Assembly (NCBI RefSeq): GCF_001194135.2
Contig: NC_068983.1
Location: 75,800,498 to 75,854,603 of the forward strand
DNA from: Octopus bimaculoides
Lineage: Eukaryota
Length of the DNA stretch: 54,106 nucleotides
Reading direction: 5' to 3'
In this document: piece after piece, positions 13,720-27,009 of the stretch
Layout of the letters: each line of letters begins with the position of its first letter
Numbering within the stretch: position 1 is the first letter of the stretch
Program-made: the position numbers and the translations under genes
Notes under the pieces: model-generated
What the model was told of the DNA's origin: nothing
The model's input: only the letters and a program-made list of their open reading frames with translations
The model's database searches: none

Positions 13720-15510
13720 TCTATTTCTCTTGTCATGCTTCATCCACTGCTTGGCAAAAGTCGTTTCCAACTTTATGGCTAGTGTAGCAACATTATTATC
13801 AACTGCTACAAAGATAAAGGTGACACCATAGACAAACATATCTATAAAGATATCAAATTTCTGCACCAGGTGATGAAAGTTACAGAGGTCATAGCTCAAC
13901 TTATTAGAAAGAGAGTTAATCTAGATGAGATGCGGTTTGGTCTTATGCCAGGGAAAAGCACTACTGACGCTATATTCCTAGTAAGGTAGCTGCTGATGTA
14001 CTTAATCGAAAATAAACTTATGTACTTGGCTTTTGTTGATATGGAGAAAACCTTTGACAGGGTCCCTCGCTCCCTTATGTGTGGTCAATACAGAAGTTAG
14101 GGATAGACGAGTGGTTGCTAAGAACTGTGCAAGCCATGTACAGCAATGAATTCAGTGTGCATGTAGGAGTTCACCAAGGTTGGTTCTCAGCCCTCTCTTT
14201 TTCATTATAGTCCTCCAGGCCATAACAGGGGATTTAAGACGAGCCGTCCTTGGGATCTCCTCTATGCTGATGACCTTGCTCTTATAACTGAATTGCTACC
14301 TGGATTACAGAAGAAATTTCAGGCGTAGAAGCAAGGTTTGGAATCAAAGGGCCTTAGAGTTAATTTAGCAACGACCAAAGTCTTAGTTAGCAGGAAAACA
14401 GACAAATCACAAATCAATTCAGGGAGATGGTCCTGCTCGATATGAAGAAAAAGGTGTAGGTAGAAATTCCATATGGCGTACTCGGTGCAAGCTATGGACA
14501 TATAAGAGATGCAGCAGTATCAGAGGATGGTTAACGGAGAAAGTAGTCTTTGTGTGCGGCAGATGTGCACGTACAAGAAATACTAGAAATGTATAGAAAA
14601 TAGACTTCGTCAAATGCTCGGGAAGTAATAGATAACTTCCATTACCTAGGTGACCAAGTCAGTAGTAGAGGTGGATGCTCCGAGAACGTAGCTGTTAGAA
14701 TAAGAACGGGATGGGCAACGTTCAGAGAGCTCTACTTTTGTTGGTAGCAAAGGGCCTCTCCCTCAGAGTGAAAGGCATATTGTATGATGCCTGTGTGCAA
14801 ACAGCCATGCCACATGGCAGTGAGATACGGACTGTGACCGCAGAAGACATTTGGAAGCTTGAAATAAATGAAGCTAGTATGCTCCATTGGAGGTGCAATG
14901 TCAGTATGCCTGTACATCAGTGTGTCTTAAAGAAAATATTGGGTATAAGAAGCATCAAATGTACTGTGCAAGAGAGATGACTGCTCTGGTATGTGATGGT
15001 CATGTGATGTGTACGGACGAGGACAGTTGCGTAAGGAAGTGCCGGTTTCTAATTGCGAAGGGAACCTATGGAAAAGGTAGATCCATGAAGACGTGAGACG
15101 AGATGTTGAAATAAGGTCTTCGGTTTTTGAGTTTCATGGAGGCGATGACAAATGACTGCGACTTCCGGCGATTTGTTGTGCTTGAGAAGACACGTCAAGC
15201 TAAGTGAAATCGCGGTTGTGGTCAATCCTGGTGATATGTAAAAGGCACCTGCACAGGTGATACTTAAAAGGCACCTGTGACAGTGCACGTAAAGGGCACC
15301 TATGCCGGTGACACATAAAAAACACCCAGAACACTCTGTAGAGTGGTTGGTGTCAGGAAGGGGGACCAACCGTAGAAACCAAGCCAAAGCAGGTGACTGG
15401 AGCCTGGTGCAGCTCTCCGGCTTACCAGATTACCAGCTCCAGTCAAACCGTCTAACTCATGCCAGCATGGAGAACATTCGTTAAATGATAATGACGATGA
15501 TGATGATATT
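13720..15510 (+). mobile_element. 5'-truncated RTE-clade LINE, decayed reverse transcriptase and 3' end
   Basis: NCYKDKGD..., FGLMPGKSTTDAIFLVR, YLAFVDMEKTFDRVPR, GVHQG and LLYADDLAL (YADD at 14263-14274). The 3' region has ~25-nt aaaggcacc repeats, an RTE-type end (ggaagggg...accgtagaaacc...atgccagcatggagaac) and a (GAT)n tail. Confidence 0.92.
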
Positions 15511-16999
15511 TATATATACATATACATATATACATACGTACATGCATGCATAAATACATTCATATATATATATATAGTGAATGAAACGAAAATAATTCCT
15601 AACTCAAGTTGAATACTTGAAACCGTATGTATTCGATAAGAAAATAAAAATAGTTCTGCTATCTGATGCGTGTATGTTTGTTTCTGTGTGTGTATGTTTT
15701 TTTAAATATATAAATAAACACTTATCATACAAGAGCGATTTACAGTCTCGACTATTCACAAGTTAATTGGAAAATTTTAATAGGACTGCCTCTCGTGCTG
15801 ATAAGTAAAGATCAAATTGATGAAATTTTATGATTTGTAATAACTCAGACAAGTATCAATGTCTGATGAAATAGTGGTTCTGTGTAATATTTTTTCTTTT
15901 TCGTATTTTCTCTAACATCATAGCCTTAGTACAAACTGAAGAACATCAATTTCCATTCAATTTGTTCTTCAATTTATTTCATTTCTTGCCATGTTTTTTC
16001 GATTTGAAATTTTAAATTGATAAAACAGAGACGTTTGTTTAAATCAAAAGTAGGTGGTGTTGCGGCAGATTGGAAGCAGCCGAACGAAATTGAAATTCGA
16101 AATGGAATGGATAAAATATTTTCTATTTCTTTCCATTGAATTTCTAATAGACATCTAATTTCAGATCGTCGACTCCCTCTTAGCTCCGATTTTTTGGTAT
16201 GTGGTAAAAACATCCCGGTTTTATCAATCTAAAATTTCAAATAAAAGGAAATAAATTATATAAAATAAATCACGTTAAGTTAAAATTATATTAAAAGAAA
16301 CAATTTTAAATACCAGAAAGCATATTAAATCGAAGTTTCTGTAAAAATAATAAACATATAGTAAACGACATAGTTTTCGATATTGCAAAATTTATTCATC
16401 GATTTTCTGTGATTGAATCGATACATAGCAACTGTTAGCGATTAGAATATTAATGAAACTAGAGTTGGATCTTAAATATGGGAAAAAAAGTTATTCACTA
16501 GATACTATTTGTACCGGACGTTTAAATAATAATTTTTTCAGCCGACCTCTGAAAGTTACGCAGCTGGCCTCTGAGTGGCCACTTTTGTTGTTGCTAAAAT
16601 TAATATTGATTTAATTATGCACACTGATTGCAAAAGAATAGCCGATCTCTAGAAAATTTATATAGATATTTCTAACTATAGCTACTTTTTTCTTCTTGAG
16701 GGCATGATGTCCTAAGATTTATGGAACTCTTCTCTACCATTTTAAAGACGGTAGATAATTTCTTGAGAGTGTTTTAACTGCAACATTTAATATACTGAAT
16801 GACCATGAATACATTTGTCTATACGTTACGTTAACACTCCTAATTCATTACTTTTATAGTGGATGAGGGGCACAGGAGTTTATTTGGCTTTCATAATAGT
16901 AAGACATTACTTACGTTGGAATACGCGGTTCAGTTGATCTTTGTCGATGCCCAAAGTCTCATTGAGAACGTCGCCGCTCTTACCCAGAATTAGCATTCT

Positions 17000-19900
17000 A
17001 GAGTACGCACGAGTTGAAATACGACCAGATGTATACCCATCTGATTGGAATTTGCAACACGGGCACATCAAACGGTCTTTGTCTTCACATTTTCTAGAGC
17101 ACGCATCCTAGCTCTGACGAGGCAACTTTCATGCTTTGCGTTGAAGAATTGGTTAAGAGTCAATCTCGCACCAGCACGTCGGTCGTGATGCCTTTCCGTA
17201 GAACCTCTTCTAGGTTCTTAAATATCTCTTCCTTCGGTCTAAACTTCTGCATTGCTATTTCCTTAATAAAGCTAATCGATTCTACTATAATAGCCCTTTT
17301 CGAGGCTAGTCATCATCGGTTCTTGACGACTGACTTCCATCTACTTTCGCTTCACTAATTTACTAATCTGGACTCTGTAAATTTGGCGTGCTGGGAAAGA
17401 CATGCTCAGTTTCCAATGACCGAATCCAGATCTATGTAGCCTATCTAGCTCGAGCGTACAGATAACAAATTTATGATCTGTCTAGTAGGCCACAATAAAT
17501 TATAGATTACCTATGTTCTCTTTACCTGCTAATCTACAGAATGTTCTCCTTACCTGCTAATCTACAGAATGCTGTATTTAGATATCATCTGGGCGACCCA
17601 ATGTTGTTTGCTCATGTCCACATCGGCATTTTCGGGAAATCCAGTCGGTACCCATCAGGCAGCTGAAAACCTCTAAGCAAGTACGCGAATCTTTTGCCCC
17701 TCACCTCTTCTATTAGCTGATCTCACAAAATCCAGACGTGCATCGAAGATGATGTTCTAATCGTTCACTAGCATTAAAATGTGGGACGTTCTTTAGACGC
17801 CTGCAAAAATCTGGTTGCCTCGCTCTTGTAGGAGTGTAGGCAGCTACTAGTTTGAAGGCACCCCTTTTAGTTCTGCTTACATTCATTCCCACTAACTTAC
17901 CGACCAGGTTCTGGAAGACTCACTATATCTTGAGAACCAGGCCTTTCTAAAACACCGCTGCTACTCCAGCTCCCATTCCAGTTCCCCCCAGAGATGTGTA
18001 GATCTCAAAGTCACAAAAAAATAGGTGCCATAGAAGGTGTGTCAAAAATCGTGGCCTCGATAATGATACTAATAACTTATGACTTGTGGTCATTGAGTAA
18101 GCGCCTCTACTTCTAGGGTGACTCAAGGCTACATGCATGCATTTATGCAACCCACTCTTAAAACCGCTATGTTGGTAGGAAGAAAAAGGGAAGAAGAGAA
18201 GACAGTCATATACCTTCATGGTTTTGCTGTAGGCAATCGGATACATCAAAATACCTTCTCAGTGTGAGGTCCCTTGAAGAAACTCTGACGTAACCTTTTC
18301 GAGACCGAACGCTTGTGTTCCCAATGTCACGCGTGTAACTCTAACATATTTCCTTACATCTTTCTACCGGCAGCTTTACGAATCTTAGGTCCCTTGGGAC
18401 TTTCATTGTGCTTTTATTGAATGCTCTCCTCTTTGGCTCTATGTCTCCATTTTCTGCTATGTAAGACTGCAGATCTTTAGTATTTCTCTTACTAACACTA
18501 AGGTGGATGTGGGTGCAATTTGTTATTGTTGTGTGTGAATTTGTATATTTAGTAGATGCTTTTGTTTCAGTTATTGTTGAGTTTGTGGATTTGCTATATT
18601 TTTCTCTAGTGTCCTTTGTTTTGTTTGTGTATTTTCTTTTTGTTGCTGTTATTGAAGATGGTGGTAGTGAGGGTGTACTTGTGTTTGTAGATTTTTACAT
18701 TGTTTGAGATCAATGTGTAGTTAGTGTTGTTTTGAGTTTTGCTTTTTTATTTTTGATTATTTTCAGATTTTTTTTTGCTTCTCTTCCCACCCAGGCTTCT
18801 CTTCCCACCCCCGCTTCTCAGCACGAGACTCCAACTCGAATGTGGAAAAGGACCTGTTTTCTCTTGTGTGTGCATGTCTGAGTTTGTGTATGTAAGAGGG
18901 GTGGGGAATATGGACAGAAAAAGAGAAAGAGCTGCGTTGGGATGTTCTCGGAGGGCGATTATTATTTTATATTCATTATTTGTCTTCAAATAGGCGTAGG
19001 AGTGGCTGTGTGGTAAGTAGCTTGCTTACCAACCACATGGTCCCGGGTTCAGTCCCACTGCGTAGCATCTTGGGCAAGTGTCTTCTACTATAGCCTCGGG
19101 CCGACCAAAGCCTTGTGAGTGGATTTGGTAGACGGAAACTGAAAGAAGCCCGTCGTATATATGTATATATATATATGTATGTGTGTGTGTGTTTGTGTGT
19201 CTGCGTTTGTCCCCCCAACATCGCTTGACAACCGATGCTGGTGTGTTTACGTCCCCGTAACTTAGCGCTTCGGCAAAAGAGACCGATAGAATAAGTACTA
19301 GGCTTCCAAAGAATAAGTCCTGGGGTCGATTTGCTCGACTAAAAGGCGGTGCTCCAGCATGGCTACAGTCAAATGACTGAAACAAGTAAAAGAGTAAAAG
19401 AGTAAAGAGTACCTCAGTTGCTTCTGCCGATGGATTTTATGTTGATATCTTATTGCTGTTGTTGTTGCTGTTACAGATGTTATTATTATAATTTCTTTCC
19501 CCCACTTGCTTCTACTGTTGCTACTGCTGCTATTGTTGTTCATCGTTGGTGTTGCAGTGCTGGTATTGGCAGCAGTGGTGGGGTTCAAATTTCCCCTTTT
19601 ATGTTTTGATTGTGTGGGTAGAACATCCTGAGATGGTCAACTGCTCTACAGGCGTGGTAATTTGGTCGTATGAACTCCACAATTACTTTTAATTTAATTC
19701 CATCCGACTAAGAGGTGATGTCTGGGTTTCTTTTCTATATGCTCAGGCTTTACATGGAGTATCTCTGGTGTGGTACCAAACTAGTTTTTCTTGCTTCGAT
19801 CTCTTCACTTCCAATAGTGTTTCGCTTCCTTCCAACACTATGTATACCAATATCTGTAAGAGATCTAGCTCTGGTGGGACCCCCGGTATTGTTACCTTTG

Positions 19901-20350
19901 TCATTCTTCTTCACAAGTAAGTGAGGGGAAGAGCGAAATCCTTACTGTGGTGGACGACCACAAAATGTTGCACTATGAAGACCTCAGTCATAAAATAGAA
20001 TATCGACTCCGCCGAATTGCCTTGCTCTAAATATATGTTCAATGTCCTGCTATATATAGCAGAGGGCCTTTTCTACTTGTACGTTTGTGGCTGTCTCCAG
20101 GTGTCGAGTTGTCTACTATTGTTGCTTTTGTTATTTTTGTTAATGTTGTTATTGTTTGTTGTTGTTGCTGCTCTTGTTGCTTTCACTGCTACAGTCGTTT
20201 GCTGTTAAAGCAGTTGTAGAATTGCTTGAATTTTCATCGACGAAAACACCTCCTCCCTTCCATGGGTGTTTTGTCATTGCGTTCGTTGTTGTTGTTGATG
20301 GTGTTGTTACTGTTGTCGGGCAACGATGAACGAACATATCTATGATCAAA
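17000..20350 (-). mobile_element. L1/Tx1-like LINE 5' portion (ORF1, AP endonuclease, linker; no RT seen), interrupted by a SINE
   Basis: ORF1-like TKVTIPGVPPELD and decayed knuckle KLKVIVEFIRPNYHACRAVDHLRMFYP (~19600-19910). Endonuclease-like GGTGMGAGVAAVF, GAFKLVAAYTP and NIIFDARLD (~17600-18250). Linker WKSVVK... QFFNAKHESCLVRARMRALE (~17090-17340). Confidence 0.75.
18992..19410 (+). mobile_element. tRNA-derived SINE family A, full length, with internal (TA)/(TG) microsatellite
   Basis: A box tggctgtgtgg, B box ggttcagtccc, CORE-like segment atcttgggcaagtgtcttc and a (taaaagag)n tail. At least six other copies occur in the window. Possibly one of the octopus OR SINEs (unverified). Confidence 0.92.
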
Positions 20351-20475
20351 AGTATTGATTTCAGTCATAATCATTCCATCTTTTTGAAAGAATGTGACGA
20401 CTTAGATTACACTGTGTAACACGATTTTTGCCCTTGAGTAGCAACTGTTATTTCCTGTTTGCTTACCCCTTGAAA

Positions 20476-20858
20476 GTGGAGGCGCAATGGCCCAGTGGTT
20501 AGGGTAGCGGACTCGCGGTCGTAGGATCGCGGTTTCGATTCCCAGACCGGGTGTTGTGAGTGTTTATTGAGCGAAAACACATAAAACTCCACAAGGCTCC
20601 GGCAGGTGATGGTGGTGAACCCTGCTGTACTCTTCCACCACAATTTTCTCTCACTCTTTCTTCCTGTTTCTGTTGTACCTGTATTTAAAATGGGCCAGCC
20701 TTCTCACACTGTGTCACGCTGAATATCCCCGAGAACTATTTTAAGGGTATACGTGTCTGTGGAGTGCTCAGCCACTTGCACGTTAATTTTACGAGCAGGC
20801 TGTTCCGTTGATTGGATCAACTAGAACCCTCGACGTCGTAAGCGACAGAGTGCCAACA
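20476..20858 (+). mobile_element. tRNA-derived SINE family C, full length with TSD
   Basis: Head ggaggcgcaatggcccagtggttaggg...gtttcgattccc and a caacaac tail. 11-bp TSD accccttgaaa at 20465-20475 and 20859-20869. Confidence 0.93.
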
Positions 20859-20919
20859 ACCCCTTGAAAATATGAAAAATAACTAATATATCCTTCAAAC
20901 TTTGCTTTTGTTACATTTT

Positions 20920-21077
20920 TCCAAGTCTCAAAGAATCCCTCTCAACGCTTGGCTATGATGCTCCCCTACAACCCCTGCTCATGGTCAGAGATGCATATAT
21001 TGTCAACCACTAAGGAACATGGTCAAGGGTTAAGGTCTAAGGACTGACAAGCAAATCCGTGGTATTTAGGAGAATAT
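20920..21077 (-). mobile_element. Internal fragment of repeat family E
   Basis: Diverged reverse complement of ~26560-26720 (ggctatgatgctcccct...gacaagcaaatc.gtggtatt). Confidence 0.7.
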
Positions 21078-21589
21078 TTACTATAACGAAATTTCTGCTT
21101 CAGCAACTCAGCGCTGAATCTGTCTGAAATGTAATGGAAAATAGGTCAGTTTCAAAACATTGATGTCCAGGTCACTAAAGCAAAGCTTGACGGGAATAGT
21201 AGTCATTTCCTTTGACTTCTAGATAGAAGCAAATAGGAAAAATACACTTATTGGCCAAAGACAAAAATATAAAAGAATGTTACACAGTGTTATACAATGC
21301 ATCCATCCTATTTTCAAAATGTCATGGTGTAATTTGATGGAGATTTATCTGCTATTTCTAGCTGGCTGGTCAAACCGCGAAGTAGAAGCTCAATCGTTGG
21401 CTCGGTACAAGATGGTGGCGTTGAAGTCGGTAATGGTTGTTGTTTGTGATAAGGAGAAAGAAGAGGAGGAGGAAGAGAAAGATGAGGGGGAAAAAAGGAA
21501 GAAAGGGAAGAGAAAAATTTAGGTGAAGGTTTATGAGATTGCTTGTGTTGATGGTTTTGATTATTACAGAGGTAATGTCTCGCTGCTAC

Positions 21590-21755
21590 TACTATTACTG
21601 CTGCTGCTGCTGCTGCTGCTGCTGATAATGATAATGATAATGGTGGTGGTGGGGATAATGATGACAACGACAGTGATGTCGGTGTTGTTTGCAGTAATGA
21701 ACATAATAGCGAAGGTAGTTCTGTTGTTGTTGTTGTTGTTGTTGTTGACGATGAC

Positions 21756-21814
<59 letters not shown>

Positions 21815-22041
21815 CAGTGACTACGACGATGGAGACGATGAGAAAATTGTATGCTAAAATTTAGAACTGATTTTGTTACCATTGTTCATGCCTTTAGCAT
21901 TTTTTTCATTTGTATTTATACTTTAAATGCAAGAAGATGGTGTTTTTGGTCTACATACGAATTTGTTTCTATATTTATGCTTGTCGCTTGTTCGTTTCTT
22001 TCTTTATTTCTTTCTTCCTTTCTTGTTTTCTTTCTTCCTTC

Positions 22042-22104
<63 letters not shown>

Positions 22105-22153
22105 TCAGCCAATCAGTCAATCTGTCTACCTGCCTATCTGCTTCTATACCCCC

Positions 22154-22224
<71 letters not shown>

Positions 22225-22342
22225 CAAATACCCTCTCTCAAAGATGCTGAAGAGATGAAGAAATAAAGGAAAATAAGTAAAGAGAGGAAATTAGTGGGTG
22301 AGAGACTGAGAGATAGATAGATAGATAGATAGAGATACATAG

Positions 22343-22407
<65 letters not shown>

Positions 22408-22410
22408 TTG
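21590..22410. repeat. Microsatellite cluster (CTG)n, (GTT)n, (GAT)n, (CTTT)n, (ATCT)n, (AGAT)n, (GA)n
   Basis: Directly visible. Confidence 0.95.
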
Positions 22411-23130
22411 ACAGAGAGAGAGTGAGAGAAAGGGAGAAAGAGAGAGATATGAAGGAATTTTAGGAAGAGAGAGATGGTAAGAGAGTGGGCCTCGGATGGT
22501 ATTTGGGAATGAGAGGAAGACACTGAAAACAAAATGGAGGGGAAGGTATTGAAAGAAAGAATGGAAGAAAAGAAGGTAAAAAGGAAGGAAGTTAAGAATA
22601 AAGAATGGAAAAAGAAAACCAAGTAGAAAGTGGGGGAAAAAAAGAGTGAAATCTGGAATGAACAAAGAATGAAAGAAAACGAAATAGAAACGAAAGGAAA
22701 AAAAGGAATGAATGAAGGAAAGAAGGAAAAGACAGTGAAAGAAAAAGTTAATTAGAAAAAAGAAAGAAAATGATGGGGAGAGAACAGGAAGGATCGAACG
22801 GAAAGCGAAAAGAAGCGAAATAGAAAGAACGAAGAAAAGAAAGCAAAAGCGAAGAAATAAAAGGAATGAAAGAAAAGTAGAGAGGAACGAAGGTGAGAAA
22901 GAGTGAAAGACAGTAAAATAAAAAGAAACAAGGGAAGGAAAAGAGGAATGAACGAAAACAGAAGGAAAGCAAATTAAGAAGAAAGTAGATAAAGCAAAAT
23001 GCAAAAAATGAAAAGAAAGACAATACGATAAAAAAAAATATGAAAGAAAATGAGAGAAGGAAGAGACGAAAGAAAGAAGGAACGAGCAAAAATGAAGGAA
23101 AAGCAAAAGAGAAAGTAAGAAAGAAGGCAA
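22410..23130. repeat. Purine-rich (GAAA-like) low-complexity tract
   Basis: The plus strand is overwhelmingly A/G over ~700 bp. Confidence 0.85.
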
Positions 23131-24399
23131 AAACCTCGGTAGTTGTTTGTCTTTTACCCGAAAACAGAATGCACCTCACCCCAATTATTTTTTCAAAATA
23201 TTTTTGTTGTTGTTTAGTTTAAATTGGACGTTCTTTAGTCTGCAGTCATCGACCGTTCCGCTTGATCTCATTCAATAGTGAACATTAAAAGCAATTTAAT
23301 GAGTCAATAAACCGCTATTAGATTTTTTGTCTTTGTTATGCTTTGTGTGTATTCTTGTTATATTTTGGGACATTTTTGTCTTTGTTTTGTTATTTTTGGT
23401 GCTCTTTTCATCCATCAACGATTTTCTTTTATCTTTACACTACTTAGTTTTCGGGGTTTGGTTTAGTTTCACTGGTTCGATTTTTCTCTTCTCTCTCTTT
23501 TTTTTCATTTGTGCGTGAATGTGTGTTTAGTTGTTTATGTACTTCTTGTTTTTTGTTGTTGTTCTTAGTTTATTTATTAGTTTGCGTTATTTTCTAACAA
23601 GAAACCAAAGAAAAAAAAAAAAAAAAGGGAAGTAGCACAACTTTAAAATATACAGAATTAACACTTTGTTGACAAGTTTTGCATCAATAACTTTTATTGC
23701 ATTATTTGATTTCATGACGTGGTTTCAATCCTTGATGTGCCAAACGTTTCGGCTTGATTAAATATATAAAAAAAAAAAACAGAAACATCTAAAATAGTGT
23801 TTGAATTTCACGATATTGCATGTGGCCTCTAGTAAATCGGAGAAAACAGCTCATCCGTTTTTTTTTTACTCTTTTACTACTGCCAGACTATGGTGTAGCC
23901 TTCATGGGTTTCGATCGATTATGTCAACGAAAGCTTATTTTATCATCTTCGGTGAACGAAAGGTAAAGTTAATTTGGACATAAAGGACCTAACCAGAACA
24001 CAAAAAAAATTAACAAAATAGCACTAGGAGTTTTATCTGACGTTCTATTATTAAGACCTGTCAAAGACAGCAAAAATATTTTATTCATTCCACTTGGGCT
24101 TTAGATTTGAATCAAATAATTTCTGGGATGCAATCCCCTACCCAAATCAAACCACTTCACACTTAAGTAACTTCGACAAACGGGATTTTTGTGACACTAG
24201 AAAAATGGCCGCAACTGATAATGATTGTTATTCAAACAGTTGTACTGGTTGTCAAGTTCCTGAGAATATCCAAATGCAGCCAAAATCTGCCGTAGAAAAG
24301 AATGACAAACACGTAAACAAGCTTCCAACTTCATCAACACCATAAAACCATAACTGGATGATTATATCTCTCTGTATAAGACCATACGTGTAGAGATGA

Positions 24400-25320
24400 T
24401 CGTGGAACATACTTACAACTTAAAAACAATTAGCAATCGAAGTCTGAGAGGATGTTTTTTCAAATTTCTCCAAACTAATTTTAGATAACAAAGTTTTTGA
24501 CGAGAGTTACAAAAAAAAAACAAAAACTAGTCTCATGTTAAAAGTTATCGACTATATCGATAAAGACAATATGTAAACATGTGATAATACGCTTTGGACT
24601 ATTAATGTTTCTCTCTATACAGCTGTTGCATCTCTAAAACAACACCTAGAACGTTGTCTGCTGTACATAGATAATGAAATTATACAACACAAGCTACTTA
24701 AGTCGGATAAACACCAAGAATAGTATCATAGAAACACGAATTATTATCAACAAGTTATCCGTAGACTTAGAAGCAATGTATTGGTGAATAAAAAGAAAGG
24801 ACACCTTTGTGAAAACATCCCTCTTATAAAGATCTTCGATCATTTTGGTATAAGACCTGGAATGAAAGGAAGGATTTCAGCAATAATGTAACTTGGTTGA
24901 ATTCTATTAGAAGAGAAAACTGCACCAAAATTAACAGTAAAAACATACACTATCGGTTCCTAAACTTTAAGTAAAACTGTAGAAAAACTACAAAACAAAA
25001 AGTACAAAGACTGCGCTTAATAGATGGATACTGCCAGACGAAGTTGCCTTCTACAGAAAAATAGTCATACCAAATCTTGTAGCCAAGAATGAATATATTG
25101 ACTTGGCAGAAAGCTATCGGCGTATTACTTACTTATACATAAATTTTAAACAAGCTAATTAAATCAATTCTTCGAAGAACATTACAAATCTAACAAGGCA
25201 GTGACTAATAACAAGCAAGTAGAAAGAATAGAAAGAGATGTACTGAACAACTTTTAATTAATAAACCTAGGGTGTCTGAAGTATATAAATACTGCAGAAA
25301 AAACAGTGACAGTATGGTGT
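24400..25320 (+). mobile_element. Highly decayed R4/Dong-type LINE (pre-RT region and start of RT)
   Basis: TLWTINVSLYTAV, FWYKTWNERKDFSNNVTWL, ESYRRITYL (NYRPITCL-like) and RCTEQLLINK appear in the expected order with many disruptions. Confidence 0.6.
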
Positions 25321-25972
25321 AATTACTAAAAGCTACTTGGCATTATTCTTATTGTTCATTTGCTGGAATCATTGCATTTTGGGAAAGCTCTTTACAACCT
25401 TTATTGCTGTCATTGCAAAGTTACAATGACTTTTTCAACTAAGCTCATTCTTGAAACCGAAATCACAATGATTTCTTTCTGATATATCTCAGTTGGTAAG
25501 TTCGTCAGAGACAGTCTGCTGGCGAGTTTGTTTATTTTGCTATTAAATCTATTGTCATTCTTTTACAAAAGTCCAGTGGTCTACAACAACATCAACATAT
25601 AATTATATGTTGATACTGTCACTTAAATTATACACTGAAAATATCTACAAAGCTAAGAAACTACTGGATTTGATATTTTTGGCTCATATGAAGAGAAGGA
25701 ATTTGGCCATCTATAATACATCAAAAAGTTCAATCTTGCTTGCTTGCTTGCAATGTTACACAGCTAAACTGGCGCATAATGGGAAAATACTTTGAAAGTA
25801 AGTTGCCCCTGAAATGTGAATGCAAGCGGAATAAAACAGTCTTCACGTAAATCAGACCAGTGGTTATTGAGATATTCGGAGTTTTGAGGTATAAATACCC
25901 AAAACGGTGCATAAAGGGAAAATACTCTGATGATAACTTAACTCTGAAAGAGAAGAAGCTTTTCCATTAGAC

Positions 25973-26258
25973 AGGAGTGACTGTGTGGTAAGTAGCTTGT
26001 TTACCAACCACATGGCTCTAGGTTCAGTCCCACTGCGCTAAAACCTTGGGTAAGTGTCTTCTACTATAGCCTCGGGCCGACGAATGCCTTGTGAGCGGAT
26101 TTGGTAGACGGAAACTGAAAGAAGCCCGTCGTATATATGTATATATATGTATGTGTGTGTATAGGTTTGTGTGTCTTTGTTTGTCCCCCAACATCGCTTG
26201 ACAACCGATGGTGGTGTGTTTACGTCCAGGTAACTTAGCGATTCGGCAAAAATGATCG
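25973..26258 (+). mobile_element. SINE family A, 3'-truncated
   Basis: Matches the 18992 copy from the head to ...gatag, then switches to family E sequence. Confidence 0.9.
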
Positions 26259-26343
26259 ATAGACGGGCAGTCATGATGGGTATACTGGGCTTCATATATT
26301 TTACCCCAGTGTCACTTTGGTGGCATGCGCTGCTTTCTCACTC
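26259..26343 (+). mobile_element. 3' terminal fragment of repeat family E with (AAC)/(AAT) tail
   Basis: Matches 26925-27009 (gtcatgatgggtata.tgggcttc.tatatttt.ccccagtgtcacttt...tctcactc). Confidence 0.8.
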
Positions 26344-26367
26344 AATAACAACAACAACAACAACAAC

Positions 26368-26404
<37 letters not shown>

Positions 26405-26455
26405 CCCGGATGCAGTACCAGGCAGTGGCTNNNNNNNNNNAATAATAATAATAAT

Positions 26456-27009
26456 GCCCGGATGCAGTACCAGGCAGTGGCTCTCATGACTTCTGATCTT
26501 AATTGATTGGAAGTGTTATCATGTACATTGATTTGCCTTGGTATAAAAAATGGGCTACAACAAATATTCCGCTTAATACCACAGATTTGCTTGTCAGTTG
26601 TTTGACCGTAACCAGTTGAGCGTGTCCCTTGGTGGCTGACGATATGTGCATTTCTGATCATGAGCAGAAGTAGTAGGGGAGCATCATAGCCATGTGTTGA
26701 GAGGAATTCTTTGGGGTCTGAATAATACACATTTGGAAACATGGGTGTTTTGCTCAACATCCTTAAACAAACCTTATTCAGGGACCTTTTGGGCGGGATG
26801 GGCTGCTTGACCTGAAGAAAATTCTAACTGGGCTCCACCTGTGAGGTCATGCGCTGTTTATCTTGATATGAGATCACTATGTCGCGCACACATGGTTGTG
26901 ATGCATGTGCCTGGTGTATCCTTATCAGCTGGGTAGTCATGATGGGTATAATGGGCTTCGTATATTTTGCCCCAGTGTCACTTTGATGGTATGCACTGCT
27001 CTCTCACTC

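Noticed and set aside
15215-15330. Regularly spaced aaaggcacc repeats resembling a CRISPR-like array
   Set aside because: Short degenerate tandem repeats within the RTE 3' UTR in a eukaryotic context, with no unique spacers of constant length.
18992-19070. tRNA-like sequences, also at 20478, 44457, 51740 and 4060
   Set aside because: They are SINE heads continuing into shared SINE bodies, not tRNA genes.
21314-21430. Protein-like tail PLPTSTPPSCTEPTIELLLRGLTSQLEIADKSP
   Set aside because: The DNA matches dispersed repeat family F (ctagaaatagcag), so it is not a unique exon.
21523-23179. Poly-L/M/H/Q and F/S/L-rich ORFs
   Set aside because: Translations of simple repeats and a purine-rich tract, with no domain signal.
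25927-25950. Other CTGANGA...GAAA matches (25927, 35189, 17113, 50793)
   Set aside because: No stems I-III or NUH site can be formed around them.
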